Assembly: GCA_964647725.1 (NCBI GenBank)
Contig: CAZYJI010000004.1
Coordinates: 52,633 to 116,632, forward strand
Reading direction: 5' to 3'
DNA length: 64,000 bases
Source of the DNA: an uncultured Alphaproteobacteria bacterium
GTDB lineage: Bacteria; Pseudomonadota; Alphaproteobacteria; SHNJ01
Positions 47,187 to 56,921 of this stretch are shown piece after piece. The notes beneath the pieces were generated by a model. The model worked only from the letters and a program-made list of their open reading frames with translations. It did not search any database and was not told the DNA's origin. The number at the start of each line of letters is the position of its first letter. Positions within the stretch are counted from its first letter, which is position 1. The position numbers and the translations under genes are program-made.

Positions 47187-47717
47187 ATGGAGCGTCGTAT
47201 GCTTAACCAAGGATGTGCAACAAAAATGGCCCCAAACGATCCAGCCCCACCGGCCATGCAAGCCGAAACCACCTCCGATAACCCGAATGTGGTTCGGATT
47301 ACCAATAATTTAGGCACTTTTGAATACGACCGCAGCCTGGCGATCAATTTTCCAATCGGCATCGTCGGATTTCCAGATGTGCATGAATTCGGCCTGGCAA
47401 CCTTGCCGAATATGCCGCAATTCAATTTGTTACAGTGTTTGGCTGAACCGCGCCTTTCTTTTATCGTATTGCCGACCGATCCCGACACCGCCCCAATCGA
47501 CGCCGAGGATTTAAAAGAAGCCGCCGATACTTTAGGCATTCAAAAATCGGATTTGGTGGTTATGTTCGTTATCACCATCCGCACATTGGCCCCTGGCCAA
47601 GGCATTACCATGTCGATCAACCACCGCGCCCCTATTTTGGTCGACAGCGCCCGCCGGATTGCCCGCCAATTCGTGCTTTCAAACAACAAATATTCCGTTC
47701 AACACGTGATTGGTTAA
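47187..47717 (+). CDS. fliW: flagellar assembly factor FliW
   Basis: FPIGIVGFPDVHEFGL...FNLLQCLAEPRLSFIVLPT...INHRAPILVD resembles FliW. The true start may be the internal ATG at 47256. Confidence 0.8.
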   Translation: MERRMLNQGCATKMAPNDPAPPAMQAETTSDNPNVVRITNNLGTFEYDRSLAINFPIGIVGFPDVHEFGLATLPNMPQFNLLQCLAEPRLSFIVLPTDPDTAPIDAEDLKEAADTLGIQKSDLVVMFVITIRTLAPGQGITMSINHRAPILVDSARRIARQFVLSNNKYSVQHVIG

Positions 47718-47726
47718 GTTAGCAAT

Positions 47727-47742
47727 TTAAGCTTTGCTTAAC
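47727..47742. promoter_or_regulatory. CtrA-type box TTAA-N7-TTAAC upstream of the CDP-sugar operon
   Basis: The sequence is ttaagctttgcttaac. It lies in the 77-nt fliW-rfbF spacer. Confidence 0.4.
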
Positions 47743-47794
47743 TTTTACTAGACTATAAGGGATAATAAGGTCCCTCCCTAAGGTTTTTACTCTC

Positions 47795-48598
47795 ATGGTT
47801 GCACCACACGAAATCGGTAAAATGGACGCCATTATTTTATGCGGCGGCCTTGGCACGCGCTTGCGCGAAGAAACCGAATTCAAACCCAAACCGATGGTCG
47901 AAGTCGGCGGCCGCCCGGTTTTGTGGCACATCATGAAACATTACCATTCTTTTGGAATTAAAAATTTCATTTTATGCCTTGGATACAAAGGCGATGCGAT
48001 CCGCGATTATTTCTTGAACTATCACTTTAGGAACAGCGACTTCGCGATTGATTTTTCAACCGGTGATGTCGAAACCCTGACCAATACCTACCGCGAAGAC
48101 TGGCGGATCGTATTGGTGGAAACCGGCCGCGATACATTGACCGGTTCCCGCATCAAACGGGCGCTGAAATATGTACGCAACGATATATTCATGGCGACGT
48201 ACGGCGATGGCGTCTCCAACATCGATTTAAAGGCATTATTGGACACGCATCAACGCGCGCAAAAATTGGGCACGGTTTCCGCCGTGCGCCCATCGTCCCG
48301 GTTCGGCGAACTTGGCATTCAAGAGGGCATGGTCAACAGCTTTGCCGAAAAACCGCAAGTGGCCGAAGGCTGGATCAATGGCGGGTTCATGGTATTGAAC
48401 AAAAAATCTTTCGATCATGTCGATGAAGATTCAACCGACATCAGTTTGGAAAACGGCGTTTTGGAAAAACTGGCCCGCGACGATGAATTGGCAGTGTATC
48501 AGCATGGCGGATTCTGGCAATGCATGGATACATACCGCGAAATGGAAATGCTGAACAATATGTGGAACAAGGGTCAGGCGCCATGGCGTCTGTGGTAG
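47795..48598 (+). CDS. rfbF: glucose-1-phosphate cytidylyltransferase
   Basis: AIILCGGLGTRLREETEFKPKPMVEVGGRPVLWHIMKHY is canonical RfbF/DdhA. The start may instead be the ATG at 47822. Confidence 0.93.
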   Translation: MVAPHEIGKMDAIILCGGLGTRLREETEFKPKPMVEVGGRPVLWHIMKHYHSFGIKNFILCLGYKGDAIRDYFLNYHFRNSDFAIDFSTGDVETLTNTYREDWRIVLVETGRDTLTGSRIKRALKYVRNDIFMATYGDGVSNIDLKALLDTHQRAQKLGTVSAVRPSSRFGELGIQEGMVNSFAEKPQVAEGWINGGFMVLNKKSFDHVDEDSTDISLENGVLEKLARDDELAVYQHGGFWQCMDTYREMEMLNNMWNKGQAPWRLW

Positions 48599-48602
48599 GC
48601 GC

Positions 48603-49721
48603 ATGTTTTCTTTTCTTTCCCGTCCCAAATCCACCCTTCCCCACCCCTTAGATAAAAATTTCTGGCAACATAAACGCGTTTTCATCACCGGCCATACCGG
48701 TTTTATCGGCGGCTGGTTGTATTTCTGGTTGCGCGATATGGATGCGGAGTTGGCTGGATTCGCCCTTTCCCCATCCAGCAATCCAAGTTTTTATGACCTG
48801 TCTGGCATTAAAAATTCTGGCGAACATTATATTGCCGATTTGCGTGATGCCAATGCCGTCAAAAAAGCCGTCACCGAATTCAACCCGCATATTATTTTGC
48901 ACCTTGGCGCGCAGGCGTTGGTCCGCCCCGCATTCAAAGATCCAGTCGATACATTTTCGACCAACGTCAATGGCACGATTCATGTTCTCGAGGCCGCGCG
49001 GCAATGCAAGGAACTGCAAGCGGTTTTGATTTTCACCACCGATAAGGTTTATGAAAATATCGAAGTTCAGCGTGGTTATAGCGAAGATGATAAATTAGGC
49101 GGTTACGAACCTTATGGCGCCAGCAAGGCTTGCGCGGAAATCGTGACATCGTCTTATTGGCATAGTTATTTCAAATCACGCCAGATTCCATTTGCCACGC
49201 TGCGTGCCGGCAATGTGATCGGCGGCGGCGATTGGTCGGTCGATCGGTTGATTCCGGACGCGGTGCGTGCCTTTGGCAGTGGTCAGCCATTAATTCTACG
49301 TCACCCGCAATCGGTGCGGCCATGGCAGCATGTGCTGGAACCTTGTTATGCCATTATGCGTATTGTCGAAGAAATTACAGAGCATAAATCGCCGCTTTTA
49401 TCTTTTAACATCGGCCCCGATGCCCGCGATTGCCAAACCGTGGGTTGGATTGCCGACCGTTTTGTGGCAGAATGGAATACGCAATTGAATACCAAGGCCA
49501 CATGGCAACATGTGCCGGACAACACCATATACGAAGCAAAATTATTGATGCTGGATAATCGCCTTGCCCGTAAAACGCTGGGTTGGAATCCGCGCTGGAC
49601 CACGGAACAAGCGATTCAACAAACCGCGCACTGGTACGCGGCGCAGCAAAAAAATAAAAATATCGAAACCACCACGCGTGGACAGATTATGGAATTTATC
49701 AATGGGGATCACCATGGCTAA
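48603..49721 (+). CDS. rfbG: CDP-glucose 4,6-dehydratase
   Basis: FWQHKRVFITGHTGFIGGWL and YGASKACAE (YxxxK). The length fits RfbG/DdhB. Confidence 0.93.
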   Translation: MFSFLSRPKSTLPHPLDKNFWQHKRVFITGHTGFIGGWLYFWLRDMDAELAGFALSPSSNPSFYDLSGIKNSGEHYIADLRDANAVKKAVTEFNPHIILHLGAQALVRPAFKDPVDTFSTNVNGTIHVLEAARQCKELQAVLIFTTDKVYENIEVQRGYSEDDKLGGYEPYGASKACAEIVTSSYWHSYFKSRQIPFATLRAGNVIGGGDWSVDRLIPDAVRAFGSGQPLILRHPQSVRPWQHVLEPCYAIMRIVEEITEHKSPLLSFNIGPDARDCQTVGWIADRFVAEWNTQLNTKATWQHVPDNTIYEAKLLMLDNRLARKTLGWNPRWTTEQAIQQTAHWYAAQQKNKNIETTTRGQIMEFINGDHHG

Positions 49722-50985
49722 TGTATCGAATCTCGCCGCGAAACAGGAAAAACTGGCGCCAAAAAATACCTGCCGTTTTTGTCAAAGCAATTTATCGCAA
49801 AGCCTGTGCGATTTGGGGATGAGCCCGCCATCCAACCGGTATTTGCGCGAAGACCAATTAAAAGACATGGAACCGTTTTATCCATTGCATGCCTATGTGT
49901 GCGACCAATGTTTCCTGGTACAATTGGAGCAATTCCACACCGCCGAGGAAATATTCGCGCACGATTATGCCTATTTTTCCTCCTATTCCAGCAGCTGGAT
50001 CGCCCATTGCGCCAAATATTGCGAGCAAATGCAGAAACAATATGGCATCGGCAAAAGCTCGCTGGTGATCGAAATCGCCAGCAACGATGGATATTTATTG
50101 CAGAATTTCGTCAAGGCTGGAATCCCGGCCCTGGGCATTGAACCGGCCGCGAATGTGGCCAAAGTCGCGATTGAAAAAGGCGTGCCGACACGAGTTGAAT
50201 TTTTCGGTGTCTCTTGCGCCAAGAAATTAGTATCCGAAGGCCGCCAGGCAGATTTATTGCTGGGCAATAACGTGCTCGCCCATGTGCCGGATTTGAATGA
50301 TTTCGTAGCGGGATTGAAAATCTTGCTGGCCCCGAAAGGCATTATCACTTTCGAATTTCCGCATTTGTTGAAACTGATGCAGGAAAATCAGTTCGATACG
50401 ATTTATCATGAACATTTCTGTTATTTCTCCCTGCTCGCCATCGCCAAGGTATTTGCGCATCATGGTTTAATCATATTCGATGTCGAAGAATTGCCAACCC
50501 ATGGCGGATCGTTGCGTATTCACGCCTGTCATCAAGGCCATCGCCCACTAACCGATGGATATCAGGCAGTGCTGAAAAAAGAATTGGCCTATGGCCTAGA
50601 TCAAGTCTCCACCTATGAAAAATTTGCACAGCAAGTGCGCGTGACCAAGCAAAAATTGCTGGAATTCCTGATCGAAGCCAAACAAAAAGGCAAAAAAATC
50701 GCCGGATACGGCGCTGCCGCCAAAGGCAATACATTATTGAATTATTGCGGCATTCGCGGCGATTTCCTGGATTATGTGGTGGATCTAAATCCACATAAAC
50801 AAAATATGTTTTTACCCGGAACGCACATCCTGACCTTTGCACCGGAAAAATTGAAACAAACCAAGCCGGATTATGTTTTGATCCTGCCATGGAATATCCG
50901 CGACGAAGTCGCCAACCACCATGCCTATATCAAGGAATGGGGGGGCAAGTTCGTCGTGCCGATTCCAGAAGTGAAAGTATTATAG
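49714..50985 (+). CDS. SAM-dependent sugar C-methyltransferase (zinc-ribbon N-domain, MTase, C-methyltransferase C-domain)
   Basis: CRFCQSNL...LCDLGMSPPSNRYL...YVCDQCFLVQL is the N-terminal zinc-binding module typical of NDP-hexose C-methyltransferases. The ATG overlaps the rfbG stop. The track ORF begins at 49564. Confidence 0.85.
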   Translation: MANVSNLAAKQEKLAPKNTCRFCQSNLSQSLCDLGMSPPSNRYLREDQLKDMEPFYPLHAYVCDQCFLVQLEQFHTAEEIFAHDYAYFSSYSSSWIAHCAKYCEQMQKQYGIGKSSLVIEIASNDGYLLQNFVKAGIPALGIEPAANVAKVAIEKGVPTRVEFFGVSCAKKLVSEGRQADLLLGNNVLAHVPDLNDFVAGLKILLAPKGIITFEFPHLLKLMQENQFDTIYHEHFCYFSLLAIAKVFAHHGLIIFDVEELPTHGGSLRIHACHQGHRPLTDGYQAVLKKELAYGLDQVSTYEKFAQQVRVTKQKLLEFLIEAKQKGKKIAGYGAAAKGNTLLNYCGIRGDFLDYVVDLNPHKQNMFLPGTHILTFAPEKLKQTKPDYVLILPWNIRDEVANHHAYIKEWGGKFVVPIPEVKVL

Positions 50986-51512
50986 TGAAATTTATCGCCA
51001 CATCTCTTGTGGGTTTATATGTTATTGAACCCGAATTGCAAACTGACGAACGCGGTTTTTTCGCGCGCACTTGGTGCGGTGAAGAATTTATCAAACAAGG
51101 ACTGAATCCCAAATTGGCTCAGTGCAATGTTTCGTTCAATAATAAGGCCGGTACGTTGCGCGGCCTGCATTATCAAATCGCCCCGCGCGAGGAAGCCAAG
51201 TTGGTCCGTTGCACCATGGGCGCGATTTTTGATGTGGCCGTCGATATTCGCCCGGATTCCGATACATATTTAGAATGGTTCGGCGTGGAACTGACCGCCG
51301 AAAACAGATGCGCGATGTACATCCCCGAAGGTTTCGCGCACGGGTTTCAGACGTTGACCGATAACAGCGAAGTATTTTACCAAATGGCTGAATTTTATTA
51401 TCCGGAATTGGCCAAAGGCCTGCGCTGGGATGATCCAAAAATCGGCATCGATTGGCCGAAAATCACCCACCGGATCATATCGGACCGAGATTTGGCTTAT
51501 TCCTTATTATAA
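50985..51512 (+). CDS. NDP-4-dehydro-6-deoxyhexose 3,5-epimerase family protein (RfbC-like cupin)
   Basis: ERGFFARTW and LRGLHYQ motifs. The GTG start overlaps the upstream stop. The track ORF begins at 50889. Confidence 0.88.
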   Translation: MKFIATSLVGLYVIEPELQTDERGFFARTWCGEEFIKQGLNPKLAQCNVSFNNKAGTLRGLHYQIAPREEAKLVRCTMGAIFDVAVDIRPDSDTYLEWFGVELTAENRCAMYIPEGFAHGFQTLTDNSEVFYQMAEFYYPELAKGLRWDDPKIGIDWPKITHRIISDRDLAYSLL

Positions 51513-51643
51513 GCCACTACTTAGCTCTTCCCCTTACTTATCCTTGGTTATATTATTTCGTTACCGAATTTGTTCTTGAGATTCGGCATATTTTTATACT
51601 AGGCTCATTTCCAGCAACCTAACCATATAGAATAGAGGGTGAG

Positions 51644-52426
51644 ATGAGCTGGATATGCGACGTTGTTGATTATAACCAACGCACCGAAACAGCGTGGTTA
51701 ACTTCCCGTAAGCCGGAAATAGTTTGGGTTGGCCAGGACGGGCAAAATTTTGATACGACTGTAAACCAAGCAACAGACACCTTAATCAGCCACATCGAAA
51801 GGCAAAAAAGAACTGTTTCCCCATTAGTTTTGCTGGCTTATGCTTGCCGCGCGGATGAAGCCATTAAAGCGCGGCAAGATGCGCCAATCGCGCTCGACGT
51901 TTTCTGTTTAATTTGTTTAATACCGAATGAAAAAGGATGGCGTTCGCATCCCGTATTAAGGGAATTCTTTAACGAACAACGCACCGCCGTAGATTTTGCG
52001 CATTTCTGGCACACGGTTTTATCGCCGGATCAAAGAACATTAATTGCTGCACATATAGTCCGTACCTGCCAAAGCGAAGTTTTATTGCAAACAAGACAAG
52101 GGCATATAAATTTTAACTGGCCACTGATGGATCGTATTTATCAAACTTTAGTACCTGAAAACATGACACAAGATGATGCGATTCGAGCTGCTCAAGCTTA
52201 TGGCAGCGCAAAAGACTCAAGTTACCTTGACCAGAACATTAGCAGCGCCAATTACATCATTGAGAATGCTGAACGTTTATGCACAATACTTTTACCAACA
52301 GCGATTCCATACCGAGATTCTTTACGGGAAATCCAAAAGCGCAGGCACGTTGCCGCAAATCCAGCCCCTGCCCCGGTTCTTCCTAGAAAAATAAGAAATA
52401 CCAGGGCTCTTGTTGCCCAAAAATAA
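51644..52426 (+). CDS. hypothetical protein (260 aa, no recognisable domain)
   Basis: A long ORF with GAGGGTGAG just upstream of the ATG. It is visibly more AT-rich than its neighbours. Confidence 0.55.
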   Translation: MSWICDVVDYNQRTETAWLTSRKPEIVWVGQDGQNFDTTVNQATDTLISHIERQKRTVSPLVLLAYACRADEAIKARQDAPIALDVFCLICLIPNEKGWRSHPVLREFFNEQRTAVDFAHFWHTVLSPDQRTLIAAHIVRTCQSEVLLQTRQGHINFNWPLMDRIYQTLVPENMTQDDAIRAAQAYGSAKDSSYLDQNISSANYIIENAERLCTILLPTAIPYRDSLREIQKRRHVAANPAPAPVLPRKIRNTRALVAQK

Positions 52427-52432
52427 GCGGGA

Positions 52433-55072
52433 CTATTCGCTGGCGGCTTTTTTCTTGGGCGCGCGTCTGGCCTTTGGTTTGGCTGGTTTTTCTGCCGTCT
52501 CGCTCGCATCGCCACCCGCCGCTGCTTTCTTCGCGCCAGCTTTGGCGATTTTAGCATCCAATAATTCCACCGCTTGATTCAAATCCACCGTATCGGGATC
52601 GACCGATTTCGGGATCGAGGCATAGGTTTTACCCCATTGCACATACGGCCCGAAACGGCCCTTGCCGGATTTGATCGGCTTGCCGTCGGTTGGGTGATTG
52701 CCCAACACCTTGGCCGGCGTTACCGCGACGCGGTTGTTGGACGGTTTATCCTTTGCCTCAGCGATCACCACGACCGCGCGGTTGATGCCGATCGTGAAAA
52801 TATCTTCGGCTGGCGGCAAGGTGACATATTTCGCGCCATGTTTCAGGAACGGCCCGAAACGGCCAAGCCCGACTGCGATCATTTCGCCGCTTTCCGGATG
52901 TTTGCCGATATCGCGTGGCAATGCGAGCAAGATCAGCGCTTTTTGCAAATCGATATCGTTCGGCGACACGTTTTTCGGCACGGCCATGCGTTTCGGCTTT
53001 TCCCCTTTTTTCACCGCTTCGCCCAATTGCACATAAAAACCGTACGGACCCTTGCGGATCGTGACCATCATGCCGGACACGGAATCGACGCCCAATTCTT
53101 TTTGATTTGGAAAATCGGCGGTACCAGTGCCGTCATCGGCTTGGGCGACCGCCAATTGTTTGGTGAATTTACATTCCGGATAATTCGAGCAGCCGATAAA
53201 GGCGCCGAATTTACCCAGTTTCAATCCCAAACGGCCGCCATCGGACGGACATTTGCGCGGATCGCGGCCATCGGTTTGCGGCGGGAAGAAATGCGGACCC
53301 AGTTCGGCATCCAAACGATCAATGACCTGTGTGATCGTTAAATCTTTGCAAGATTCGATATTGCCGGTGAAATCACGCCAGAAGTCGCGCAACACTTGTT
53401 TCCAATTTAAATTGCCAGCGGAAATATCGTCCAGCTGTTCTTCTAAACCTGCGGTAAATCCATATTCCACATAGCGGGTAAAATATTCCGATAAGAATGT
53501 CGTGACCACGCGGCCGCGATCCTCGGGGATAAAGCGTTTTTTATCGATGCGGACATAATCGCGGTCCTGCAATACCTGAATGATGCTGGCATAGGTCGAT
53601 GGACGGCCAATGCCCAATTCTTCGAGCTTTTTAACAAGGCTGGCTTCGGAATATCTTGGCGGTGGCTGAGTAAAATGCTGATCGCCGCGAATATTTTCCT
53701 TCGCGGTTTTCTCGCCGACTTCCAATGCCGGTAAACGTCCGCCTTCTTCTTTGTCGTCGGCATCGTCCAAGGTTTCTTGATACAATTTCAAGAATCCGTC
53801 GAACACAACGACCGATCCGGTTGCGCGGAAAATGCTTTTTCCATCTGTGCTTTTTAAATCGGCGCCGACTTGATCCAATACCGCGCTTTCCATTTGGCAG
53901 GCAACGGTGCGTTTCCAGATCAATTCGTACAAACGATGTTGTTCGCCGTCCAAATATTTTTCCATTTGTTGCGGCGTTCTGAAAATATCGGTTGGGCGGA
54001 TCGCTTCGTGCGCTTCTTGGGCGTTTTTCGCCTTGCTGACATAAGCGCGCGGGGAATCCGGCAAATAATTCTTTCCGTAATCGCGTTCAATGAAACGGCG
54101 AGCCTGGCCAATCGCTTCGCCCGACAATGTGATACCATCGGTACGCATATAGGTGATCAAACCAACGGTCTCGCCGCCAATTTCAACGCCTTCGTATAAT
54201 TGCTGCGCCAAACGCATAGTGCGGGATGCGGTTAGGCCTAATTTCCGCGATGCTTCTTGTTGCAAAGTCGATGTGATGAACGGCGCGTATGGATTGCGGC
54301 GTACGGTTTTCTTTTCAATATCGTCAACGGTAAATTGTTGCGATTGCAGGGCGGCGAGAATTTTATCCGCCGCATCCTTGTTACCGATATCGAACTTGTC
54401 TAATTTTTTGTCGAAATGGGTTAAACGCGCTTCGAAACTTTGGCCCTTGGCGGATTTGAAGGTGCCCAAAATGCTCCAATATTCTTGGGGCTTGAACACT
54501 TCGATTTCAGATTCGCGTTCGCAAATCAAACGCAGCGCCACCGATTGCACCCGCCCCGCCGAACGCGAGCCCGGCAATTTGCGCCACAAAATCGGCGAGA
54601 TATTGAACCCGACCAAATAATCCAGCGCGCGGCGCGCCAAATAGGCGTCGACCAATTGCGAATCGATATCGCGGGCATGGTCGAATGCTTCCTTGACCGC
54701 TGCCTTGGTAATTTCATTGAACGTCACCCGGCGGACATTCACGTCCTTAAGTGCCCGTTTTTCTTGTAAAACTTCTTTCACGTGCCAGGAAATCGCTTCC
54801 CCTTCGCGGTCCGGATCGGTCGCCAGATATAAAGTATCGGCGTTTTTAAGGGCGCGGACGATTTCGGCGATACGTTGTTCGCCCCGGTCATCCAGGTTCC
54901 AGATCATGGAAAAATCTTCGTCCGGTTTTACCGAACCGTCTTTGGATGGCAGGTCGCGGATATGGCCAAAACTGGCGATGACGGTATAATCCGACCCCAG
55001 ATACTTATTAATAGTCTTGGCCTTGGCTGGCGATTCGACGATGACGACGTTGCTCACCTGGTATCCCCTCAA
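52433..55072 (-). CDS. topA: DNA topoisomerase I
   Basis: The Toprim start VVIVESPAKAKTINKYLG, 879 aa, C-terminal zinc-ribbon-like repeats and a Lys-rich tail. Confidence 0.98.
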   Translation of the reverse strand: MRGYQVSNVVIVESPAKAKTINKYLGSDYTVIASFGHIRDLPSKDGSVKPDEDFSMIWNLDDRGEQRIAEIVRALKNADTLYLATDPDREGEAISWHVKEVLQEKRALKDVNVRRVTFNEITKAAVKEAFDHARDIDSQLVDAYLARRALDYLVGFNISPILWRKLPGSRSAGRVQSVALRLICERESEIEVFKPQEYWSILGTFKSAKGQSFEARLTHFDKKLDKFDIGNKDAADKILAALQSQQFTVDDIEKKTVRRNPYAPFITSTLQQEASRKLGLTASRTMRLAQQLYEGVEIGGETVGLITYMRTDGITLSGEAIGQARRFIERDYGKNYLPDSPRAYVSKAKNAQEAHEAIRPTDIFRTPQQMEKYLDGEQHRLYELIWKRTVACQMESAVLDQVGADLKSTDGKSIFRATGSVVVFDGFLKLYQETLDDADDKEEGGRLPALEVGEKTAKENIRGDQHFTQPPPRYSEASLVKKLEELGIGRPSTYASIIQVLQDRDYVRIDKKRFIPEDRGRVVTTFLSEYFTRYVEYGFTAGLEEQLDDISAGNLNWKQVLRDFWRDFTGNIESCKDLTITQVIDRLDAELGPHFFPPQTDGRDPRKCPSDGGRLGLKLGKFGAFIGCSNYPECKFTKQLAVAQADDGTGTADFPNQKELGVDSVSGMMVTIRKGPYGFYVQLGEAVKKGEKPKRMAVPKNVSPNDIDLQKALILLALPRDIGKHPESGEMIAVGLGRFGPFLKHGAKYVTLPPAEDIFTIGINRAVVVIAEAKDKPSNNRVAVTPAKVLGNHPTDGKPIKSGKGRFGPYVQWGKTYASIPKSVDPDTVDLNQAVELLDAKIAKAGAKKAAAGGDASETAEKPAKPKARRAPKKKAASE

Positions 55073-55096
55073 AGTTATAAAGTTGTCTCTTATACT

Positions 55097-56263
55097 CTAA
55101 TGATAGAATAATGCAACTTTATTTCCAGGGAAGCGCTGTAAACGGCCTGCCAGCTCGAGTTCCATGATCACAGAAAGCACGATTGGCGCGGGCAAACCGG
55201 ACATCCGTATGATGTCATCCACAGGGGTTGGGGTGGCGCTTAGAAGCTCCAATATAATAGGTGTGGCGTCAGCGATCATCTGTTCCGCCTTTTCTTCGGT
55301 AAAGGCCAACGCCTTGAAAAATACGTCTGATTTGGTTTCAACCGATGGCGCCTGGATGCGGCGTAAGACTTCGAGAATATCCGCCGCCGATTCGACCAAG
55401 GTCGCGCCTTGTTTGATCAAACTGTTGGTGCCCTGACAACGCGGATCCAGCGGTGATCCGGGTACGGCAAATACTTCGCGGTTTTGATCCAGCGCGCAGC
55501 GCGCAGTGATCAACGATCCCGATTGCAATGCCGCCTCGATCACAACGACGCCGAGCGATAAACCGGAGACAATCCGATTACGGCGCGGGAAATGCCGCGC
55601 TTGCGGGTTGATGCCCCACTGAATTTCGCTGACTAGAACGCCTTGATCCGCGATTTGATCGTATAGGTTTTGATTATCCGGCGGATAAACTTGATCAACG
55701 CCGCCCGCCATGACCGCAATCGTTCCGGTGCGCAGTGCGGCCAAATGTGCCGATGAATCGATGCCGCGCGCCAGACCCGATGCGACGATATACCCTGCAC
55801 TCCCCAATTCCCCAGCCAGTTTTTCGGTAAATTTACGCCCAGCGGCAGAAGCATTGCGTGTGCCAACAATGGCGACACAAGGTTTTTGCAGCAAATGCCC
55901 ATGGCCGCGCACCGACAGGATCGGCGGCGCATCCTCGATTTGTTTCAGCAATGGCGGATATTCTGCCTCGGCCGCGACGATAATACGCGCACCGCCCTTT
56001 TCATGCGTTTTCAATTCCGCTTCGGCATCGGCCAGGGTGCAGATTTTCAAATTGCCATTTTTGCCGCCACGCCGCGCCAAATGCGGTAAGGCCTCGATCG
56101 CTTTTTTCGCGGTGCCGAACCGTTGCAGCAATTGATAAAAAGTAATCGGCCCAACGTTTTCACAGCGAATCAACCGCAACCAATGCAGTTTTTCTTCCGA
56201 AGAAACCGAAGGTTGCGCCGCATAATTTGGCGCGGTGTTAGAGCGGAACGCCGGTGCCGTCAT
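55097..56263 (-). CDS. dprA: DNA processing protein DprA
   Basis: VAIVGTRNASAAGRKF...SGLARGIDSSAH...GSLITARCALDQNREVFAVPG are DprA motifs. The dprA-topA synteny is typical. Confidence 0.93.
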   Translation of the reverse strand: MTAPAFRSNTAPNYAAQPSVSSEEKLHWLRLIRCENVGPITFYQLLQRFGTAKKAIEALPHLARRGGKNGNLKICTLADAEAELKTHEKGGARIIVAAEAEYPPLLKQIEDAPPILSVRGHGHLLQKPCVAIVGTRNASAAGRKFTEKLAGELGSAGYIVASGLARGIDSSAHLAALRTGTIAVMAGGVDQVYPPDNQNLYDQIADQGVLVSEIQWGINPQARHFPRRNRIVSGLSLGVVVIEAALQSGSLITARCALDQNREVFAVPGSPLDPRCQGTNSLIKQGATLVESAADILEVLRRIQAPSVETKSDVFFKALAFTEEKAEQMIADATPIILELLSATPTPVDDIIRMSGLPAPIVLSVIMELELAGRLQRFPGNKVALFYH

Positions 56264-56921
56264 CTTGGTTATCCTGCCGTGGTGCGGATTTTTTCTTTAA
56301 ATCGATCTTGGTTTCGCTGCCATTCAGCAGCCGTTGGATATTGGTTTTATGTTTGGCAATAACGATCACCGCGATAATACAAATCGTAATAAATAACGTA
56401 CCGGAAAAATCGAACACATATTTGCCGATGAACGGCGCGATAAAAGTTGCGACAATTGCCGAAAGCGATGAATATTGAAAACTAAATGCCATTCCCACCC
56501 AAATAATGAATAACATCAACCCCCATACCGGATTGATCATGACGAAAGCGCCGAATGTGGTTGCAACGCCCTTGCCGCCCTTGAATTTCAGCCAGACTGG
56601 GAAAATATGCCCCAGCACCACCGCCAACGCCGATATAGCCGTGTAATAGTCTTTTAATTCCATCAAATGGCTGGGCATTAAAACGTGTGTGCCCAGATAT
56701 ATCGCACCCGCGCCCTTTAAAGCGTCCAACAATAATGTCAGCGCTGCAAGCCCCTTGCGTCCGGTGCGCAGTACGTTGGTGGCGCCGATATTGCCCGATC
56801 CGATTTTTCGAATATCGCCGAGGCCCGCATATTTGGTAACGATCAAGCCGAACGGAATCGCGCCGATAAAATAGCAAAATAAAAACACGAACGTCAGACT
56901 GATCAAATCGAATATAGTCAT
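56238..56921 (-). CDS. plsY: glycerol-3-phosphate acyltransferase PlsY
   Basis: The GSGNIGATNVLR motif in a polytopic protein. A charged C-terminal tail overlaps the dprA start. Confidence 0.93.
   Translation of the reverse strand: MTIFDLISLTFVFLFCYFIGAIPFGLIVTKYAGLGDIRKIGSGNIGATNVLRTGRKGLAALTLLLDALKGAGAIYLGTHVLMPSHLMELKDYYTAISALAVVLGHIFPVWLKFKGGKGVATTFGAFVMINPVWGLMLFIIWVGMAFSFQYSSLSAIVATFIAPFIGKYVFDFSGTLFITICIIAVIVIAKHKTNIQRLLNGSETKIDLKKKSAPRQDNQDDGTGVPL

Noticed and set aside
49564-49713. Long N-terminal extensions in the ORF track (methyltransferase 49564, epimerase 50889, fliP 24349, Hpt 36986, small island protein 63535)
   Set aside because: The extensions overlap the preceding genes or AT-rich spacers and lack homology-like sequence. 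Internal starts with ribosome-binding sites or stop-start overlaps were used instead.
52574-53341. 255-aa plus-strand ORF
   Set aside because: It is antisense to topA.
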